NCBI GenBank assembly: GCA_964417855.1
Contig: CAYQJB010000001.1
Span: forward strand, 358,709 to 412,981
Length of the DNA: 54,273 nt
Direction: 5' to 3'
From: an uncultured Candidatus Saccharibacteria bacterium
GTDB taxonomy: Bacteria > Patescibacteriota > Minisyncoccia > Phycocordibacterales > CAIZLB01
The notes beneath the pieces were generated by a model, which worked only from the letters and a program-made list of their open reading frames with translations, did no database searches and was not told where the DNA came from. The position numbers and the translations under genes are program-made. Below are positions 1-9,662 of the stretch, one piece after another. How positions within the stretch are numbered: position 1 is the stretch's first letter; each line of letters starts with the position of its first letter.

Positions 1-73
1 AACCTCTGTAGTATTGTTTTTCTAGAAAAATTTAGTACATTTGTAAAATTTTGTGATACTTCTTCTTTCATGT

Positions 74-994
74 TTATTTATTTAAAAATTTAATAATATT
101 CTCTATCGATTCTTTGTATGTGTATTTTTTTACAATTTCCTGCTGTTTCCTAATTATAGCAAAATAACTCTCTTTTGAAAGCTCTAGACTATTTTGTATC
201 AATTCTGCTATTGTTTCTCCTTGAACATAGCTATCTCCCAGTATATCCATAAATTTTTTAACATTGGTTATTCCGAGTTGTCCATAAGATATGTTTTTAA
301 ACATTCGGCAGGGGAGATAATCTGTATCAACTTGATATTTGCCAGCAATAGCTGGCGCAATTCTGGAAACCCTCACTAAAAATCTATTAAATAAATCAGG
401 AATAAATCTAACCTTGATAAAACTAATTTTGTTTGCCTTAAGTGTTCTTTTTAGCTCATCAATTTCTCTTAGGTTACCCTGGTCTAATTTATTATTCCAT
501 ATGCTTCCGACCCAAAAAACAAATTTATTTTTATTAAATACAGGTTTCATAAATTCCTCAGCCAAGAGATCTGTACCCCACGGCTGGTACAAAGTCCTTG
601 TTTTTGAGTCAAAATATCTTGCTGTATCTATTTTAATGTCTGATTCCTCAGCTCCTTTTGAATATACGGCCAAATTAATGAAGTTTTCTCTTTTAAGTTG
701 TTTTGTAAATATCTCCTTAAGGTTATGAAGACAATAGAAAATATCTTCTCGTATAGGTAGGTTGTAATCTTCAATTTTAAACTTTTCAGGAACCATTCTG
801 CCTACAGGGTCTGCTGTAATAATTAAATCTCCTGGCTGTATATATTTTTGACTTTCCTTTTCATCCTCGACCCAAATGGTTTCATAACTAAGTTTCTTTG
901 CATTTTTGTAGAAGGCTTGATGTATATGACGATGGGTATGGTATTTCTTTCTCAACCCCCATATTACTATTCTTTTGATTTTATTTGTTTCCAT
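74..994 (-). CDS. hypothetical protein, distal gene of the polysaccharide-biosynthesis operon (possible glycan-modifying enzyme)
   Basis: 306-aa ORF whose start overlaps the end of the upstream FkbM gene (981-994), suggesting co-transcription; no motif I can name with certainty. Confidence 0.5.
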   Translation of the reverse strand: METNKIKRIVIWGLRKKYHTHRHIHQAFYKNAKKLSYETIWVEDEKESQKYIQPGDLIITADPVGRMVPEKFKIEDYNLPIREDIFYCLHNLKEIFTKQLKRENFINLAVYSKGAEESDIKIDTARYFDSKTRTLYQPWGTDLLAEEFMKPVFNKNKFVFWVGSIWNNKLDQGNLREIDELKRTLKANKISFIKVRFIPDLFNRFLVRVSRIAPAIAGKYQVDTDYLPCRMFKNISYGQLGITNVKKFMDILGDSYVQGETIAELIQNSLELSKESYFAIIRKQQEIVKKYTYKESIENIIKFLNK

Positions 995-1748
995 TTTTTG
1001 CGTATATATAACCTAAGGATATTTTCGTTAAAAAACCAGCAGACGATAGAGTCTTTAGTATTTCCTCGTGTGAATGTTTGTTGATAGTATCGTGATACTC
1101 CATTGATATTTTATTTACGGTTTTTTTAATAAATTCGATATTTTTTTTATTAATTATTTCATACTCCGCGCCTTCACAGTCCAGTTTAAGAAAGTCTATC
1201 TTTTTAATATTTTTGCTTTTACAATATTCTTCTAAATCTATAACTGAAATAGTTATTTCTTTCATTTCACCGGCTCGTTTATATAGGCTGTGACAACCAT
1301 TATGTATCTTAGACACATAGAAAGTACATTTAGAGTTACTATTGCCAACAGCAAGATTTTCTATAATAAGATTTTTAAAATTATTTAAGACTGAACTTTT
1401 CTTTATTTTATCCGACAAAAAGGGGACAGGTTCAAATGCATACACCTTACCTTTTTGTGCTTTGCTGGCTGCATAAATACTGAAAAATCCATTATTAGCA
1501 CCTATGTCAAAAACCGTATCATTTTCCTGTATCTCAAACCCTTTCGGGTTGTAGTATTTTTCATGCCAGATTTCTGCGAACATTGATAGATCAGCTCTAC
1601 CTATTTTATCTCCTACATATAGAATATTTCCATTTCTTAATATAATATTCTCCAGCTTTAAATCAAGTATTTTTGAAAAAATAACAGATGGCCAGTTTTT
1701 ACACTCGGATATGATCGCTTTTAGTACATTGTAGTAATTTCTAATCAT
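981..1748 (-). CDS. FkbM-family methyltransferase
   Basis: FDIGANNGFFS motif typical of FkbM/Methyltransf_21 SAM-binding site; 4-nt overlap (ATGA) with upstream gene. Confidence 0.7.
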   Translation of the reverse strand: MIRNYYNVLKAIISECKNWPSVIFSKILDLKLENIILRNGNILYVGDKIGRADLSMFAEIWHEKYYNPKGFEIQENDTVFDIGANNGFFSIYAASKAQKGKVYAFEPVPFLSDKIKKSSVLNNFKNLIIENLAVGNSNSKCTFYVSKIHNGCHSLYKRAGEMKEITISVIDLEEYCKSKNIKKIDFLKLDCEGAEYEIINKKNIEFIKKTVNKISMEYHDTINKHSHEEILKTLSSAGFLTKISLGYIYAKNGNK

Positions 1749-2722
1749 GATTTTTTTGCTCTTATTATGCCCCTTCGCAAATATGGCTCCTTTAGTATAT
1801 CATCCCAAATAGATAACATATATCCTTTTGAGTATCCTGTTTCAAAACCATATTTAATTAGTTCATCGCGTAAGGTTATTTCATCATTATGTCTATGGTA
1901 AGAAGCTGTAATAAATTTCATAGGGCTTTTGCTTGATAGTATTTTTTTTGCACCATGGAGTAAATCAAGTTCAGCGCCTTCAACGTCAACTTTTATGAAT
2001 GAGGGGTTTTCCTCAGCAAAGAAGTTGTCTAGAGTGGTGTGGCTATTACTTATATCATCTGACACATACTTACCAATAATTTGTACCTTATTCTTCCAAG
2101 GTTCAAATGTTGCTTTTAGCGCCTCTATGGATTCTGGGTCATATTCAAATAAATAGATTTTTTTTACCTTATCAACAACTCTCAAAGAAAACTCCCCCTC
2201 TGCGGCACCAATGTCTGCTAATATATCATCTTCTGACAGGTTAAAATCCTCTGTTAAATAAAGATGCGGAGATTCAGGGTCTTGTTCCATCAATAAGGCG
2301 GAAAAGACGCTTTTAATTTTTGCCTCATCGTAGCTCCTCTTAAAATATAATTTTTTTGCATCCAGATATACATATCTCAGTCCATTTTCCAGATCAGTTA
2401 ATACCTCTACATTTAATTTTGAATATTTTTTAGTAAACTCATAGGGGAATAATGATGACTTATTGTGTTTCAGAAATTCTACCACTTTTTTGATATCACT
2501 ATCAATCTGTGAACTAGACAGACCATTATAATATTTAAGCATGGTTCGCTTAAAGGTATAGCTACTAAAACTTGAGTTTACATAAAGAATTATATTTCGG
2601 ATCTTCTTGTTAGTGATTAGTTTGGCAATTGGTTTAAGTTTTGTTTTTAGCTGAAAAATTATCTTGTAGATTTCTGTAGACAGAGAACCTGTTTTAGTTT
2701 TTTTACACATTATATTAGACAT
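1745..2722 (-). CDS. FkbM-family methyltransferase-like protein (second copy)
   Basis: ADIGAAEGEFS motif in the C-terminal half; translationally coupled with its neighbours. Confidence 0.6.
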   Translation of the reverse strand: MSNIMCKKTKTGSLSTEIYKIIFQLKTKLKPIAKLITNKKIRNIILYVNSSFSSYTFKRTMLKYYNGLSSSQIDSDIKKVVEFLKHNKSSLFPYEFTKKYSKLNVEVLTDLENGLRYVYLDAKKLYFKRSYDEAKIKSVFSALLMEQDPESPHLYLTEDFNLSEDDILADIGAAEGEFSLRVVDKVKKIYLFEYDPESIEALKATFEPWKNKVQIIGKYVSDDISNSHTTLDNFFAEENPSFIKVDVEGAELDLLHGAKKILSSKSPMKFITASYHRHNDEITLRDELIKYGFETGYSKGYMLSIWDDILKEPYLRRGIIRAKKS

Positions 2723-3779
2723 TTGAGATTAGTTTGATAAGCCCTTTCTCCACAGATTGAATGGAATAATTTTGCTCTATCATATCTATGTTTTTTTGTC
2801 GATACACCGCAACAACACTTGGATTCTTTATATAATATTCTATATTCAGGGCAATTTGTTTATAACCATTTACTTCATGAATTAGCGATGAGTTTTTGAA
2901 TACATCCTTAAACGACATAATGTTAGGTAAACACAGTACGCACCCACACAGTGCAGCATCGTAAACCGCTACACACTGACCCTCATCAAAAGAGGAATTA
3001 ATATAAATCAGATTTTTGTTTAGAGACATAACAAGCTCTTTGTTTGGTAAAAAACCCTGTAGTATAAAATCCTTCTTAAATTCAGAGGCTTCAATAAAAT
3101 CAATAACTCTTGTATCAAAAATTTTTCCAATAATATTAATTTTTATTAAGGGATATTTTGATTTTATTAACTCAAAGGCTTTTAATACAGTCAAAATGTT
3201 TTTCTTTTCGGTTACATTTCCAAAGCAAACTAAATCCCTTCTCTCTACTCCTGTCTCTTCTAGTTTAAAAACATCTTGAGAAACAACCAGTGGTACTACA
3301 AATAATTTGATCCCTTTTGTTCCTTCCTTAAGTAAAAATTCTTTTTCAGTTTCATTGTTTAATCTAATTGCAGAATAAAAATTATATACAAAATTTTGAA
3401 TAAGTTGTTTTATTCTCGTCTGCCTTTTTGGTTGAGTGTGCGCCATAAAGATAGTTTTTCTTGCAAGAAATGGTACAACAAAAGATTGCCATTCGTAGCT
3501 GTTGACGTAAAAAACGCCCCCCTGGAAAGAAAACTTCAATATTTGATACAAGAAGTTTAAAAAATTTTTATATTCCAGAACCTCTGTGAGTTTATCAAAA
3601 TGAGGATCGTTTTCCATATCCAATCTACTGCCACCAACTATAGCATAGGTTTTAAAGCCCATATCCTTTGCGACCTTAATGGCATGAAGATGATAGTTCT
3701 CCTCAGGTGCAAAACTATACATGTGAGGTGAATAACCCCATATTATTGAAATGAATTTTTTAGTTTTTTCTTTTTTCAT
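2715..3779 (-). CDS. glycosyltransferase family 1 (GT4-like)
   Basis: C-terminal GT1 signature region (VCFGNVTEKKN...INIIGK), 354 aa. Confidence 0.7.
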   Translation of the reverse strand: MKKEKTKKFISIIWGYSPHMYSFAPEENYHLHAIKVAKDMGFKTYAIVGGSRLDMENDPHFDKLTEVLEYKNFLNFLYQILKFSFQGGVFYVNSYEWQSFVVPFLARKTIFMAHTQPKRQTRIKQLIQNFVYNFYSAIRLNNETEKEFLLKEGTKGIKLFVVPLVVSQDVFKLEETGVERRDLVCFGNVTEKKNILTVLKAFELIKSKYPLIKINIIGKIFDTRVIDFIEASEFKKDFILQGFLPNKELVMSLNKNLIYINSSFDEGQCVAVYDAALCGCVLCLPNIMSFKDVFKNSSLIHEVNGYKQIALNIEYYIKNPSVVAVYRQKNIDMIEQNYSIQSVEKGLIKLISNV

Positions 3780-5083
3780 GATAATGGTTTAAAGATTGCT
3801 GAAACGAAAGCTTTGCGTTGGTCCTTCATTCCACGTAATGAAATAGTTATTAAAAAAGGTAGGGTATAGGCAATTATGTTTGCCATAGCAGCGCCCTTGA
3901 TTCCCCAAATCGGAATAAGAATATAGTTCAACGAAAGGCTGATAATCATGCCTATTGTATTTAAAAATAATATGGTTTTAAATTTATTTTGAGCAAGCAG
4001 AAATTGCTGTAGGGCTGTTCCAATAAATACTCCGATAATTGACCATATGTAAATTCTTAGTATTAATATACTTGGAAAATAAGCGGGTCCGTATAATGTA
4101 TTAATTATTAACGGAGAAGATATGTAAATAAAAATAGATATTGCAAAGGCAGAGTAAAATAATAAAGTATATAGTCTTTTACTTCTAGATAAAAATAGAT
4201 CATGATTCGTTTTTTGAGCATTTAATATTGCTGGAAGAAGTGATGCGCAGACTACACTAGAGATGAAAAACCATACTTCAGAAAATCTAACGGCAATTAC
4301 GTATAAACCAACTGATTCTGATCCCATAAGGACCTTTATAAACACTTGATCTATTCTTACATAGACTGAAGAGGCTATTGCGGCCAGAGTAAAAGGCCAA
4401 GAGTTTGTAATAAAGTAATAAACTAATTTTTTCTTTAGTACCCAAGAAAAAATAGACCCCACGTATTTTTTATAGAGATAGGTGTATCCTATAACACTCA
4501 TTATATTGTCAAACACATATGATAGTAAAAGGAATATAATTGGTAGGCCTAGGAATACCATTATAAGTTTGATTATTGAGGAGATAAAGCTAATACACAT
4601 ACCTAGTATGGATACAGGTTTATTGTTCGCGTGTGATTGAAAATAATAGTCTATGACATTAAAGGATTGAAATATAGCAAATGTCGAATATGCTAATACT
4701 AAAAGCGTTGTTGATTGGTTGTGGGCAAAAAATAAAGCTGAGACTGTTGACGCAATTATTATAAAGAAACTATTTATAAATTTTATAAATATGGCTGAAC
4801 CTAATATTTTATTAGTATTTTCTGGCTCGTGATTTAGTTTTTTGATAACCAAAGAATCAATGGCAAATAAAGTAATGCCAGCAATACTTACAAAACTTAT
4901 AATAAAATTCAACGTACCATATTGTTCTGGACCTAGCTGTCTAGCAATATAAATACTTACGAATAACGATATAACCAAAGAGAATATCCTGCCAAAAAAC
5001 ATCCACCCTGTATTCTTCAAATACTTCTGAAAACCCGCATGCTGCCATTTTTCTTTTATGTAAGATAGGGGAATCGTAGGCAT
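3776..5083 (-). CDS. polysaccharide flippase (Wzx/MOP-superfamily) membrane protein
   Basis: 435 aa, about 12 hydrophobic segments, position in a glycan operon. Confidence 0.65.
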   Translation of the reverse strand: MPTIPLSYIKEKWQHAGFQKYLKNTGWMFFGRIFSLVISLFVSIYIARQLGPEQYGTLNFIISFVSIAGITLFAIDSLVIKKLNHEPENTNKILGSAIFIKFINSFFIIIASTVSALFFAHNQSTTLLVLAYSTFAIFQSFNVIDYYFQSHANNKPVSILGMCISFISSIIKLIMVFLGLPIIFLLLSYVFDNIMSVIGYTYLYKKYVGSIFSWVLKKKLVYYFITNSWPFTLAAIASSVYVRIDQVFIKVLMGSESVGLYVIAVRFSEVWFFISSVVCASLLPAILNAQKTNHDLFLSRSKRLYTLLFYSAFAISIFIYISSPLIINTLYGPAYFPSILILRIYIWSIIGVFIGTALQQFLLAQNKFKTILFLNTIGMIISLSLNYILIPIWGIKGAAMANIIAYTLPFLITISLRGMKDQRKAFVSAIFKPLS

Positions 5084-5176
5084 GATAGTGTTTGATATTG
5101 TATCACAGGGGTATATTTAAAATGATATTGAATTTTGTTGAATACGTGTTGATTTACTTCGAAATCTCATAATTAA

Positions 5177-6244
5177 CTACATTTTCACCAACCCCCAGCC
5201 TTTGGGTGCCTGATCTAAATAAACCTTAATCTGAGCCTCATTTAATAGACCTTTGTGGGAGCCTACATATTTACACACACTCATTGAATTAATGGAAGCC
5301 CATTTAAGACAATCTTCCAATGCCATCCCTCTCATGTGACAAGCTGAAAAGGTTGCAGAAAAGGCATCTCCAGCGCCGGTTCTTTCTAATGGGGGATTAA
5401 TATCGTTAAAAATTGGCATTCTGTAAAGGTCCTGTTCCTGTAAAACATACGCCCCATTTGGTCCGTCTGTGATTATTGGAAGACTAACACCAAGCGCTTG
5501 TATTCCAAGTAATAACCTTTTGATATTTTGTGAACGTTCTTTCGTATCTAAGCTCGTCTTGATGATTTCTAATTCTAATAACTTTTCAGCTTCCTCAATA
5601 TTACAGAAGAACAAATCTGTTCTTGCATAAATTTGCCTTAATGCAGCGCGACCCATCTTTAATTGAAATGTTCCAGGCTGAAAAATTAATTTTACATCCG
5701 TGTACTTTTCTAAATAGTTTATAAGTTCATTATGTACACCAACAGAGTGATCGCTTATTGAACTTAAATATATCCACTTGGTATTAATAATCTCAGGTAG
5801 TTTGTAGTCACAATCTTCATGTTTGGTTAAAATTGTTCTATCTGCCTTGTACCACAGAATGTAGTGATAATTTGTTTTACTTTCTTTGTTTACTGTTACG
5901 AATGATGTTTCAACATGCTCCTTATTTAATTTTTCGATTGCTTTCTGCCCATTAAGATCACCTCCAACTGTAGTTATTATCGCGGTACTTAGACCTAGTC
6001 TTGCTGAAGCTACTGCTGCATTTCCGCTATTTCCAACGGCAAAAATCTCTTCAGAGTATTTATAAGGAATCTTTTCTCCAAATGCTAGTCCTAATTCTCT
6101 GTGGCCGGTAATTGGATTAATCGACTCTCTAACCTGATTTCCAACTTGCTCCTGATTAATTTCTATAAAAGCATCAACAGCGACATCGCCAATAGTTACG
6201 ATGTCATATTTGTTATTAAAGATCTTTTTGAATAAGGAAGCCAT
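5177..6244 (-). CDS. PfkB-family carbohydrate kinase
   Basis: N-terminal GG motif region and C-terminal TGAGDAF..A PfkB signature 2. Confidence 0.8.
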   Translation of the reverse strand: MASLFKKIFNNKYDIVTIGDVAVDAFIEINQEQVGNQVRESINPITGHRELGLAFGEKIPYKYSEEIFAVGNSGNAAVASARLGLSTAIITTVGGDLNGQKAIEKLNKEHVETSFVTVNKESKTNYHYILWYKADRTILTKHEDCDYKLPEIINTKWIYLSSISDHSVGVHNELINYLEKYTDVKLIFQPGTFQLKMGRAALRQIYARTDLFFCNIEEAEKLLELEIIKTSLDTKERSQNIKRLLLGIQALGVSLPIITDGPNGAYVLQEQDLYRMPIFNDINPPLERTGAGDAFSATFSACHMRGMALEDCLKWASINSMSVCKYVGSHKGLLNEAQIKVYLDQAPKGWGLVKM

Positions 6245-6287
6245 ATTTATGGAAATATTATAACATATTTTTTATTTAATATTGCTG

Positions 6288-6315
6288 TTGACATGCGGCT
6301 TGATGTTGATAGAAT
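6288..6315 (+). promoter_or_regulatory. sigma70-like promoter (TTGACA, 16 nt, TGaTAGAAT) of mini-unit A
   Basis: perfect -35 hexamer at 6288-6293, 16-nt spacer, extended -10 at 6307-6315; the same architecture sits at the paralogous locus 42387-42414. Confidence 0.45.
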
Positions 6316-6321
6316 ATACAT

Positions 6322-6380
6322 GATCAGTAGAGATCATTAATCTATCGCTTAAGGGCTCCCAAAAGGAGTCCTTTTGGCTT
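6322..6380 (+). ncRNA. putative small RNA A, convergent with and abutting the 3' end of NYN gene A
   Basis: predicted start about 7 nt after the -10; two hairpins (ATGATC/GATCAT and GGGCTCC/GGAGTCC) then TTTT at 6372-6375; about 70% identical to 42421-42478 with compensatory changes in the terminal stem. Confidence 0.35.
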
Positions 6381-6381
6381 T

Positions 6382-7164
6382 CTAGAGTCTGTTGATTATA
6401 TCCTTTATTTCCTTGCTAATTTCTTTTGGCCAGCAGATAAATTCTCTTATTTTTCTTATATCAAATATGGTGACTGTGGTCTGGTTCAATTCGAATGAAA
6501 TGCATCCGGACATAGCAAAAATATATACTTTTCCTCCACCTTTTTCTATTTGTATTATAAGGTCTGCGAAATCACTATCCGTACTCCACAAGATGTAGTT
6601 TTTTGTGATTCCATTTTCGAAATCCCTTTGCATATCTCTGCTTATTTCAACATCAAAATTGCATTTTCTCTCCTCAATGTAAAGAACACCTTCTCTGTTG
6701 AGTTTTGTAAGTCTTCCGTTTAGGTGCTCAATAGACGCACTGTCCATTATGGAAATAAAATTTTTTTTGATAAAGTTACTTAAAATAACTGTAGAATTTG
6801 TAGATGTATTGGAGGTATCTATTGAAATTCTAATTAATTTCACAGCCTTTGTAGAGAGGGTATACCCTGAACTTCTAAGTTCGCTAATTTGTTTTATAGA
6901 CTCTTTGCTACTCTCCGATGTTCCAGTGTATATATTAACAGCTCTAATTGAGTCAAAGGAATCTAAAAATTGTTTAAGTCTTACAAAATGGATATGAAAT
7001 CCGAGTTTGTTTTGCCAGTGAATGACATTTTGCCAATCGATATAGATATTTGTTGAAGTGCTAAAAATTCTATTTAATTCGATTATTAGCTCGGGGAAAA
7101 GTTTTGCCAGCATTCTTATTCTATCGGTTTTGGGATTAAACATCTTTATTTTATACAGGATCAA
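6382..7164 (-). CDS. NYN-domain (PIN-like, LabA-like) putative ribonuclease, paralog A
   Basis: IYIDWQNV, CNFDVEI and ILWSTDSDF acidic motifs of the NYN fold; about 50% identical to the ORF at 42498-43271. Confidence 0.65.
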   Translation of the reverse strand: MILYKIKMFNPKTDRIRMLAKLFPELIIELNRIFSTSTNIYIDWQNVIHWQNKLGFHIHFVRLKQFLDSFDSIRAVNIYTGTSESSKESIKQISELRSSGYTLSTKAVKLIRISIDTSNTSTNSTVILSNFIKKNFISIMDSASIEHLNGRLTKLNREGVLYIEERKCNFDVEISRDMQRDFENGITKNYILWSTDSDFADLIIQIEKGGGKVYIFAMSGCISFELNQTTVTIFDIRKIREFICWPKEISKEIKDIINRL

Positions 7165-7250
7165 ATGAAAGAAATTATGAAGATTTATAAGTCCTCATGT
7201 GGATAACTTTTTGAATAACTTTATTAATTTGAATATGTTATTATGTCAGT

Positions 7251-8171
7251 ATGAAATTAAGCGAAGCAATAAATAAGGCAGAAAAAGAAGGAAAGGCTAT
7301 TGGCCATTTTAATATATCTAATTTGGAGGCATTTAATGCGATTGTTAAAACTGCAAAGAAACTAAATGTTCCAGTGATTATTGGAGTATCGGAAGGCGAG
7401 CGCGATTTTTTTGGAATTCAAAATGCTGTGGCGCTAGTTGATGCTGTAAAACGGTCATCTGTATCTAATGGTGGAGGTTTTGAGATATTCTTAAATGCTG
7501 ACCATACTTATTCATACGAAAGATCAGTTGAGGCAATTGAAGCTGGATTTGATGCTGTGATTATTGACTATGCCTCAAAGGATAATGAGGAAAGTATTGC
7601 TGTTACAAAAAAGGTTGTGGAGTACGCAAAAGATTATTCTCTGAAAACTGGCCGGGAAGTGCTTGTTGAGGGGGAATTAGGATACATTGGTCAATCATCA
7701 AAGGTCTGGGACAAACTTCCGGAAGGCGTGAATATTGCACCTGAATCTTTAACACAACCTGAAGAAGCCAAAAATTTCGTTGAAGCAACTGGTGTTAATC
7801 TATTAGCTCCTGCCGTTGGAAATGTTCATGGTGTTATTAAAGGTGGAAACCCAGCTCTTAACATTGAGAGGATTAGAGAGATAAAAGAGGTCTGCACTTT
7901 GATTGGAGAAAATGGAATGGAAGGAAAGAGTATTCCGCTAGTATTACATGGTGCATCTGGAATAACGGATGAAGAATTACATCAGGCAGTTCTTGCTGGT
8001 ATTAGTATCGTTCACTATAATACAGAGCTACGTGTTGCTTACAAAGAAGCTCTTGTAAAATCCATAGCCGAACTTAAAGATGAAGTTGCTCCATATAAAT
8101 ATCTAAAATCTGCAGAAGATGCTGTTGCTGAAGTTGTAGAGAAAAAATTGAGAATAATGAATGGTCTTTAG
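7251..8171 (+). CDS. fba: fructose-bisphosphate aldolase, class II
   Basis: class II FBA/tagatose-bisphosphate aldolase motifs (GHFNISN, LHGASG). Confidence 0.85.
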   Translation: MKLSEAINKAEKEGKAIGHFNISNLEAFNAIVKTAKKLNVPVIIGVSEGERDFFGIQNAVALVDAVKRSSVSNGGGFEIFLNADHTYSYERSVEAIEAGFDAVIIDYASKDNEESIAVTKKVVEYAKDYSLKTGREVLVEGELGYIGQSSKVWDKLPEGVNIAPESLTQPEEAKNFVEATGVNLLAPAVGNVHGVIKGGNPALNIERIREIKEVCTLIGENGMEGKSIPLVLHGASGITDEELHQAVLAGISIVHYNTELRVAYKEALVKSIAELKDEVAPYKYLKSAEDAVAEVVEKKLRIMNGL

Positions 8172-8373
8172 TTTTGCCAAAAACGGCCTGTTTCTAATAA
8201 TAGTTGATAATAGTCGGGCCTCCGCAGGCAGCAAAATACGAAAGCTTTTCAAATACCTTAAGAACTGCAGTGAGTAGAGCAAATTTCAGCATAAATTTGT
8301 GTGTATTTGAAAAGCTTGTGTGTTCTGTCTGCATGGTTGCAAATTCGTAAAAAGTATATATAATAACCCCACT

Positions 8374-8994
8374 ATGTTAAAGCTTATAACTGAAAAGCGT
8401 GAAGGCGGTAAAACAGTAAGTGATGCTAAAATCGCTGCTGTATTTTATGGTCCTAAGGCAGAATCAACACCAATCTGGGTTAATGAGGTTGAATTATTAA
8501 AGGTTTGGAAAGCAGCTGGAGAATCAACAGTTGTTACTCTTTCATATGAAGGAGTAGATCATGACACTCTTATACATGATGTAGACAGAGAGCCAGTTAG
8601 AGGTAAAATCAGACATGTAGACTTTTATGTACTAGAAAAAGGAAAGAAAGTTGAGATTGCTATTCCTCTTGAATTCGTTGGAGTATCTGAGGCTGTAAAG
8701 ACTCTAGGAGGAAACCTTGTTAAGGTTCTTCATGAAATTGAAATTGAGGCAATGCCAAAGGATCTTCCTCATGATATTGAAGTAGATATTTCATCACTTG
8801 TTGACTTTGATTCACAAATTCATGCTGGAGACATTAAGCTTCCAGCTGGAGTTACTCTTATAACAGATGCTGATGAGGTTATCGCACTTGTTGCAGAAGC
8901 AAAGGAAGAAGTAGAAGAGACTGCAACTGAAATTGACATGGATGCAATTGAAGTTACAGACAAGAAAGGAAAGAAGGAAGAGGACGCTGAATAA
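8374..8994 (+). CDS. rplY: 50S ribosomal protein L25 (general stress protein Ctc form)
   Basis: L25/Ctc N-terminal beta-barrel region plus acidic C-terminal tail; first ATG at 8374, the ORF-track start at 8320 is probably too early. Confidence 0.8.
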   Translation: MLKLITEKREGGKTVSDAKIAAVFYGPKAESTPIWVNEVELLKVWKAAGESTVVTLSYEGVDHDTLIHDVDREPVRGKIRHVDFYVLEKGKKVEIAIPLEFVGVSEAVKTLGGNLVKVLHEIEIEAMPKDLPHDIEVDISSLVDFDSQIHAGDIKLPAGVTLITDADEVIALVAEAKEEVEETATEIDMDAIEVTDKKGKKEEDAE

Positions 8995-9023
8995 TCTACT
9001 ATAGATCCTGATACATAAAGATA

Positions 9024-9046
9024 ACCCGCCTAATGGCGGGTTTTTC
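9024..9046 (+). terminator. rho-independent terminator after rplY
   Basis: ACCCGCC-taat-GGCGGGT stem followed by TTTTT. Confidence 0.7.
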
Positions 9047-9122
9047 TTATATCTAGTCAGAGGTGTATACCGACCTGACTAATGACTATACTTTTTAAAA
9101 ACAAAAGTGATATAATATTGGT

Positions 9123-9662
9123 ATGACAACAAATAATTCAATGAATAATTCAATGGATGCGTTTTCTACAAATCTTCCCCCAGATGAGGATGGGCGTTTA
9201 AAAAGAGTTATGGAAATGGGGATTCTTGATAACTTAGCGCCGGAAGCTCGTTTTGATATTTTTACTAAAAAAGCTACGGATGATTTACATGTACCAATTT
9301 CTACATTGACAATTTTGGATAAGAAAAAAGAATATTATAAGTCATGTCAAGGACTAGAAGGCAGAGAGGGGGATAGGGCAATTTCTTTCTGCGGGCAAGC
9401 ACTTCTTTCAAAAAATTTATTTATAATTCCAGATTGTTTGGAAGATAAACGTTTTGCTGAAAATCCAATGGTTACAGGAAGTCCATTTATTAGATTCTAC
9501 GCTGGTACTGCAATTTATGATTATGAAACCGGCTATCCAATAGCTGTTTTTTGTATTAAGGATACTAAACCAAGAAATCTAACAGCAGAAGAAATTGCAG
9601 ATTTTCTATCGATAGCTGATAGTGTAGAAAAAGAGATCAATAAAGATAAAAGTAATAATTAG
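9123..9662 (+). CDS. GAF-domain protein
   Basis: 179 aa; conserved GAF-like block (IIPDCLEDKRF...GSPFIRFYAG). Confidence 0.6.
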   Translation: MTTNNSMNNSMDAFSTNLPPDEDGRLKRVMEMGILDNLAPEARFDIFTKKATDDLHVPISTLTILDKKKEYYKSCQGLEGREGDRAISFCGQALLSKNLFIIPDCLEDKRFAENPMVTGSPFIRFYAGTAIYDYETGYPIAVFCIKDTKPRNLTAEEIADFLSIADSVEKEINKDKSNN

